Below, piece by piece: positions 61,294 through 64,000 of a DNA stretch of 64,000 nucleotides. The DNA lies in contig JBBRLX010000004.1 of assembly GCA_038231135.1 (NCBI GenBank), positions 32,001 through 96,000 of the forward strand, written 5' to 3'. This DNA is from Candidatus Eiseniibacteriota bacterium (GTDB taxonomy: Bacteria > Eisenbacteria > RBG-16-71-46). The notes under the pieces were generated by a model. The model was not told the origin of the DNA and did not search any database. It was given only the letters and a program-made list of their open reading frames with translations. Numbering within the stretch: position 1 is the first letter of the stretch; each line of letters begins with the position of its first letter. The translations under genes were made by a program, and so were the position numbers.

Positions 61294-63105
61294 GTGACCC
61301 ACCGCAACGTGCAGCATTGGTTCTCCGCCACCGCGTGCGTACTCGCGGCGCTGATGGGCTCGACCGCCCCGGCCTACGCTCACGCGGTCACGATTCCGGA
61401 CGACATCCCGACTCTCCAGGCCGCGATGGATTCAATCTTCTACAGCACGATCGACACCGTGTTCGTCAGGTCCGGGGTGACCGTGGACTCGCTCTACGCT
61501 GTGAACCTCCCTCAATTGACCGTGATCGGGCTCGGCGATTCCACGGTGCGTCCGGCCATCGGCCCCATGACCGTCAATTCCAGCACCCTCGCCACATTCA
61601 TCAATCTGCGGTTCTCAGGCGGCATCAGGACGGTCGGCCACGCCGAGATCGCGTTCCGCGACTGTCGGCTCGACGGCGGCCTCGTCTCCTATATCGATGG
61701 GGATCCCAGAATCGTGACTCTGGTCGACTGCCACGTGACAAGCGGCATCCTCGCGGTGAGCGATGTTCTCGTCGACATCGAGTCATGCTGGTTCGATGGT
61801 GGATCGGTGACTCTTCTGCAAGACGGCGAACTTCGCGTCATGAACTGCACCTTCAGCCACGTTGGCAGCGGTACGGCGGTTCGAGCGGCGGGCGACATTG
61901 GCGTGGTGTTCCACGGAAACCGGATTGAGGGTCATACGATCGGTGTGGATGCGCTGACAAGCAGTGGTTCGGTCGAAGTGAGCGGCAACACATTCGACCA
62001 ATGCCGAGTTCCGATCCTCGCCAACGGCAACGGCTTCGTGATCGATGACAATGTGATCATCCACAGCATCAGCGACGGCATATCGTGCACGAACATCCTT
62101 TACAGCGAGATCGCACGCAACATCGTGGGCTGGTCCGGCGGGTGTGGCATCCAGGTTCAGATCGACGACCCCAACAACTACGGGACCCTGGACATCAAGA
62201 ACAACACCAGCTTTGGCAATGCCGGCCCGGGCTTCGAACTCGCCGTGCAGCCCGCCGACAATTCGTCTGTGTCCTTCACCCACAATCTCAGCTACGGCAA
62301 CCATGGCTTCGGTCTGCTCTCGAGCGGCCCGATTGGCCCCACGACGCAGTCGTGCAACGACTGGTTCGCGAACGACTCGGGCGCGGTGGCCGGCATCGCC
62401 CCGGCGCCCGACGACCTTACTCTCGATCCGCGACTGTGCGATCCCGACAGCGGGGACGTTCACCTAAAAGAGGGCTCTCCGCTGCTCGCCGCGGCCGGCT
62501 GCGGCTTGATCGGCGCCCTCGGCTTGGGATGCGCCAACACGGCCGTGCTTGTAACCTTGTTTACGGTCGACAGAACAGCGGACGGCGTCCGAATTGTTTG
62601 GCGGCTCGCGGACCCCGGCAGTTTCGCGCAGACCTGGCTCGAACGCACGGTATTCGGCTCGGCATCATGGACGCGTCTGGATATCGCACTGGCCCGCGAT
62701 GGCGATACGATGGTCGCGCTCGACCGCAGCGCTGTCGTCGATCGCTCGTACGCCTACCGCCTCGTGGCGCGCGACGGGGATCGCACGATCGTCCTCGGCG
62801 AACCGGTGGTCGCCGCCGCGCTCGCGCCGCTCGTATTTGCGCTGACGCGCATTTCTCCCAACCCATGCCCCGGTCCGCTGCACATCGAGTTCACGCTCCC
62901 ACGCGATGCCGCGGTCGACATCGGCCTGTGCGACTTGGCCGGACGTCACATCGCAACGCTGGTGCACGGGATCGTCCCCGCGGGAACTCACGCGATCGAG
63001 TGGTCCGGCATCGACCGCCACGGTCCGGCCCCCGCGGGCTTGTACTTCGTGCGCTTCCGGTATCCGGGCGGCGTCGCTACCGGCCGTCTCGTCCGAATCC
63101 GCTGA
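61294..63105 (+). CDS. Secreted right-handed parallel beta-helix protein with FlgD-Ig C-terminal domain
   Basis: GAGGAG RBS; signal peptide; IPDDIPTLQAAMD; N-ladder repeats; LDPRLCDP..GD.HL..GSP; ISPNP...DLAGR...AGLYF. Confidence 0.82.
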   Translation: MTHRNVQHWFSATACVLAALMGSTAPAYAHAVTIPDDIPTLQAAMDSIFYSTIDTVFVRSGVTVDSLYAVNLPQLTVIGLGDSTVRPAIGPMTVNSSTLATFINLRFSGGIRTVGHAEIAFRDCRLDGGLVSYIDGDPRIVTLVDCHVTSGILAVSDVLVDIESCWFDGGSVTLLQDGELRVMNCTFSHVGSGTAVRAAGDIGVVFHGNRIEGHTIGVDALTSSGSVEVSGNTFDQCRVPILANGNGFVIDDNVIIHSISDGISCTNILYSEIARNIVGWSGGCGIQVQIDDPNNYGTLDIKNNTSFGNAGPGFELAVQPADNSSVSFTHNLSYGNHGFGLLSSGPIGPTTQSCNDWFANDSGAVAGIAPAPDDLTLDPRLCDPDSGDVHLKEGSPLLAAAGCGLIGALGLGCANTAVLVTLFTVDRTADGVRIVWRLADPGSFAQTWLERTVFGSASWTRLDIALARDGDTMVALDRSAVVDRSYAYRLVARDGDRTIVLGEPVVAAALAPLVFALTRISPNPCPGPLHIEFTLPRDAAVDIGLCDLAGRHIATLVHGIVPAGTHAIEWSGIDRHGPAPAGLYFVRFRYPGGVATGRLVRIR

Positions 63106-63113
63106 TTCAGAGC

Positions 63114-63659
63114 ATGGCAATCAGCGCCACCATCTTTCGCGTCAATCTCAACGTTGCCGACATGGACCGCCAATACTATGCCGACCATCCGCTGACCATT
63201 GCCCGCCATCCGTCCGAGACCGATGAGCGGATGATGGTGCGCCTACTCGCGTTCGCACTGCACGCCCACGAGCGACTCGGCTTCGGCCGCGGCATCGGAG
63301 CCACGGACGAGCCCGATCTCTGGCAACGCGACGACACCGGCCGCATCGAGTTCTGGATCGAGGTGGGGCAGCCCGACGACCGCCGCATACGCAAAGCCTG
63401 CGGCCGGGCGGATCGCGTAGCGGTCTACACCTTTGGAGGTCGCAATGCGGACCTGTGGTGGACCAAGGTGGGGCCCGAGGTCGCGCGCTGCACGAACCTG
63501 ACTGTCGTCGCCTTGTCCGCCGCGACAACGTCCGCACTGACCGCTCTCGCGGAACGGACGATGGAGCTGCAGATGATGGTGCAGGAGGGGGATGCATGGC
63601 TTGCTTCCGGCGACACGCGGATCGCAATCGAACGGACGTGGCTGATGGGGGCATCTTGA
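63114..63659 (+). CDS. yaeQ: YaeQ family protein
   Basis: MAISATIF...ADMDR.YY...ARHPSETDERMMVRLLAFAL, DEPDLW, WIEVGQPD. Confidence 0.93.
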   Translation: MAISATIFRVNLNVADMDRQYYADHPLTIARHPSETDERMMVRLLAFALHAHERLGFGRGIGATDEPDLWQRDDTGRIEFWIEVGQPDDRRIRKACGRADRVAVYTFGGRNADLWWTKVGPEVARCTNLTVVALSAATTSALTALAERTMELQMMVQEGDAWLASGDTRIAIERTWLMGAS

Positions 63660-63837
63660 GCCCAGGCCTCGATATGGCGCCGTAACAGGCTCTCGCAAGC
63701 TTCGGATATGCCGCATGAGATTCTGCAGGTGCCATCCGGATTGACGCCGTGGCGCGGGAATCGCGTGGTACCATCCATGCAGTCGACATCCCGCCACGCT
63801 GGCGACGCTTCGCCAGGCCCCATCCCCTGAGCCCCAC

Positions 63838-64000
63838 ATGCGACCTCTCCGGCAGTTCTTCCGCGCGTTGCACGGCACCGCCCTCTTATTGCTCATCGGT
63901 CTCGACGCCCACGCCGCCATGTTCTTCGTGGACGGAGCGAACCCCGCAAGTTCGGACAGCAATCCTGGAACGGCACACGCCCCCTACCGCACGATTTCTG
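63838..64000 (+). CDS. Secreted DUF1565/beta-helix-type protein, N-terminus only
   Basis: MRPLRQFF...LLLLIGLDAHA signal peptide, then FFVDGANPASSDSNPGTAHAPYRTIS; runs off the window. Confidence 0.7.
   Translation, partial: MRPLRQFFRALHGTALLLLIGLDAHAAMFFVDGANPASSDSNPGTAHAPYRTIS

Overview
High-GC bacterial chromosomal window. The many secreted proteins ending in a FlgD-Ig/T9SS-like C-terminal domain suggest Ca. Eisenbacteria or a related FCB-adjacent lineage (inference). 1-30.6 kb is accessory and envelope-related: a TonB-dependent receptor/YfiR/CHASE8-type histidine kinase operon, a VPS10-repeat protein, a beta-propeller phosphoesterase, ribA, a SYLF protein, an MFS transporter, a large LTD protein with three Cys-rich 'SSFFDVF' repeats, two GT-C-like membrane proteins, PPK2, an exosortase-H-like transpeptidase operon, aroC and aroF. 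30.6-56.9 kb is a housekeeping run: tRNA-Val, thrS, an L20-leader-like RNA, infC (AUU start), rpmI, rplT, pheS, pheT, zapB, zapA, 6S RNA, rny, a ymdB-folD fusion, xseAB, ispA, yuiD, dxs, nadK, a decayed DUF2089 insert, recN, trpEGDCFB without trpA, and tRNA-Arg(CCG). After 56.9 kb is an island-like region with arm-site-like repeats, an orphan kinase, secreted proteins with sigma54-like promoters, and yaeQ. No CRISPR array, rRNA, transposase or integrase was seen. All family calls come from motif recognition by eye; no searches were run.
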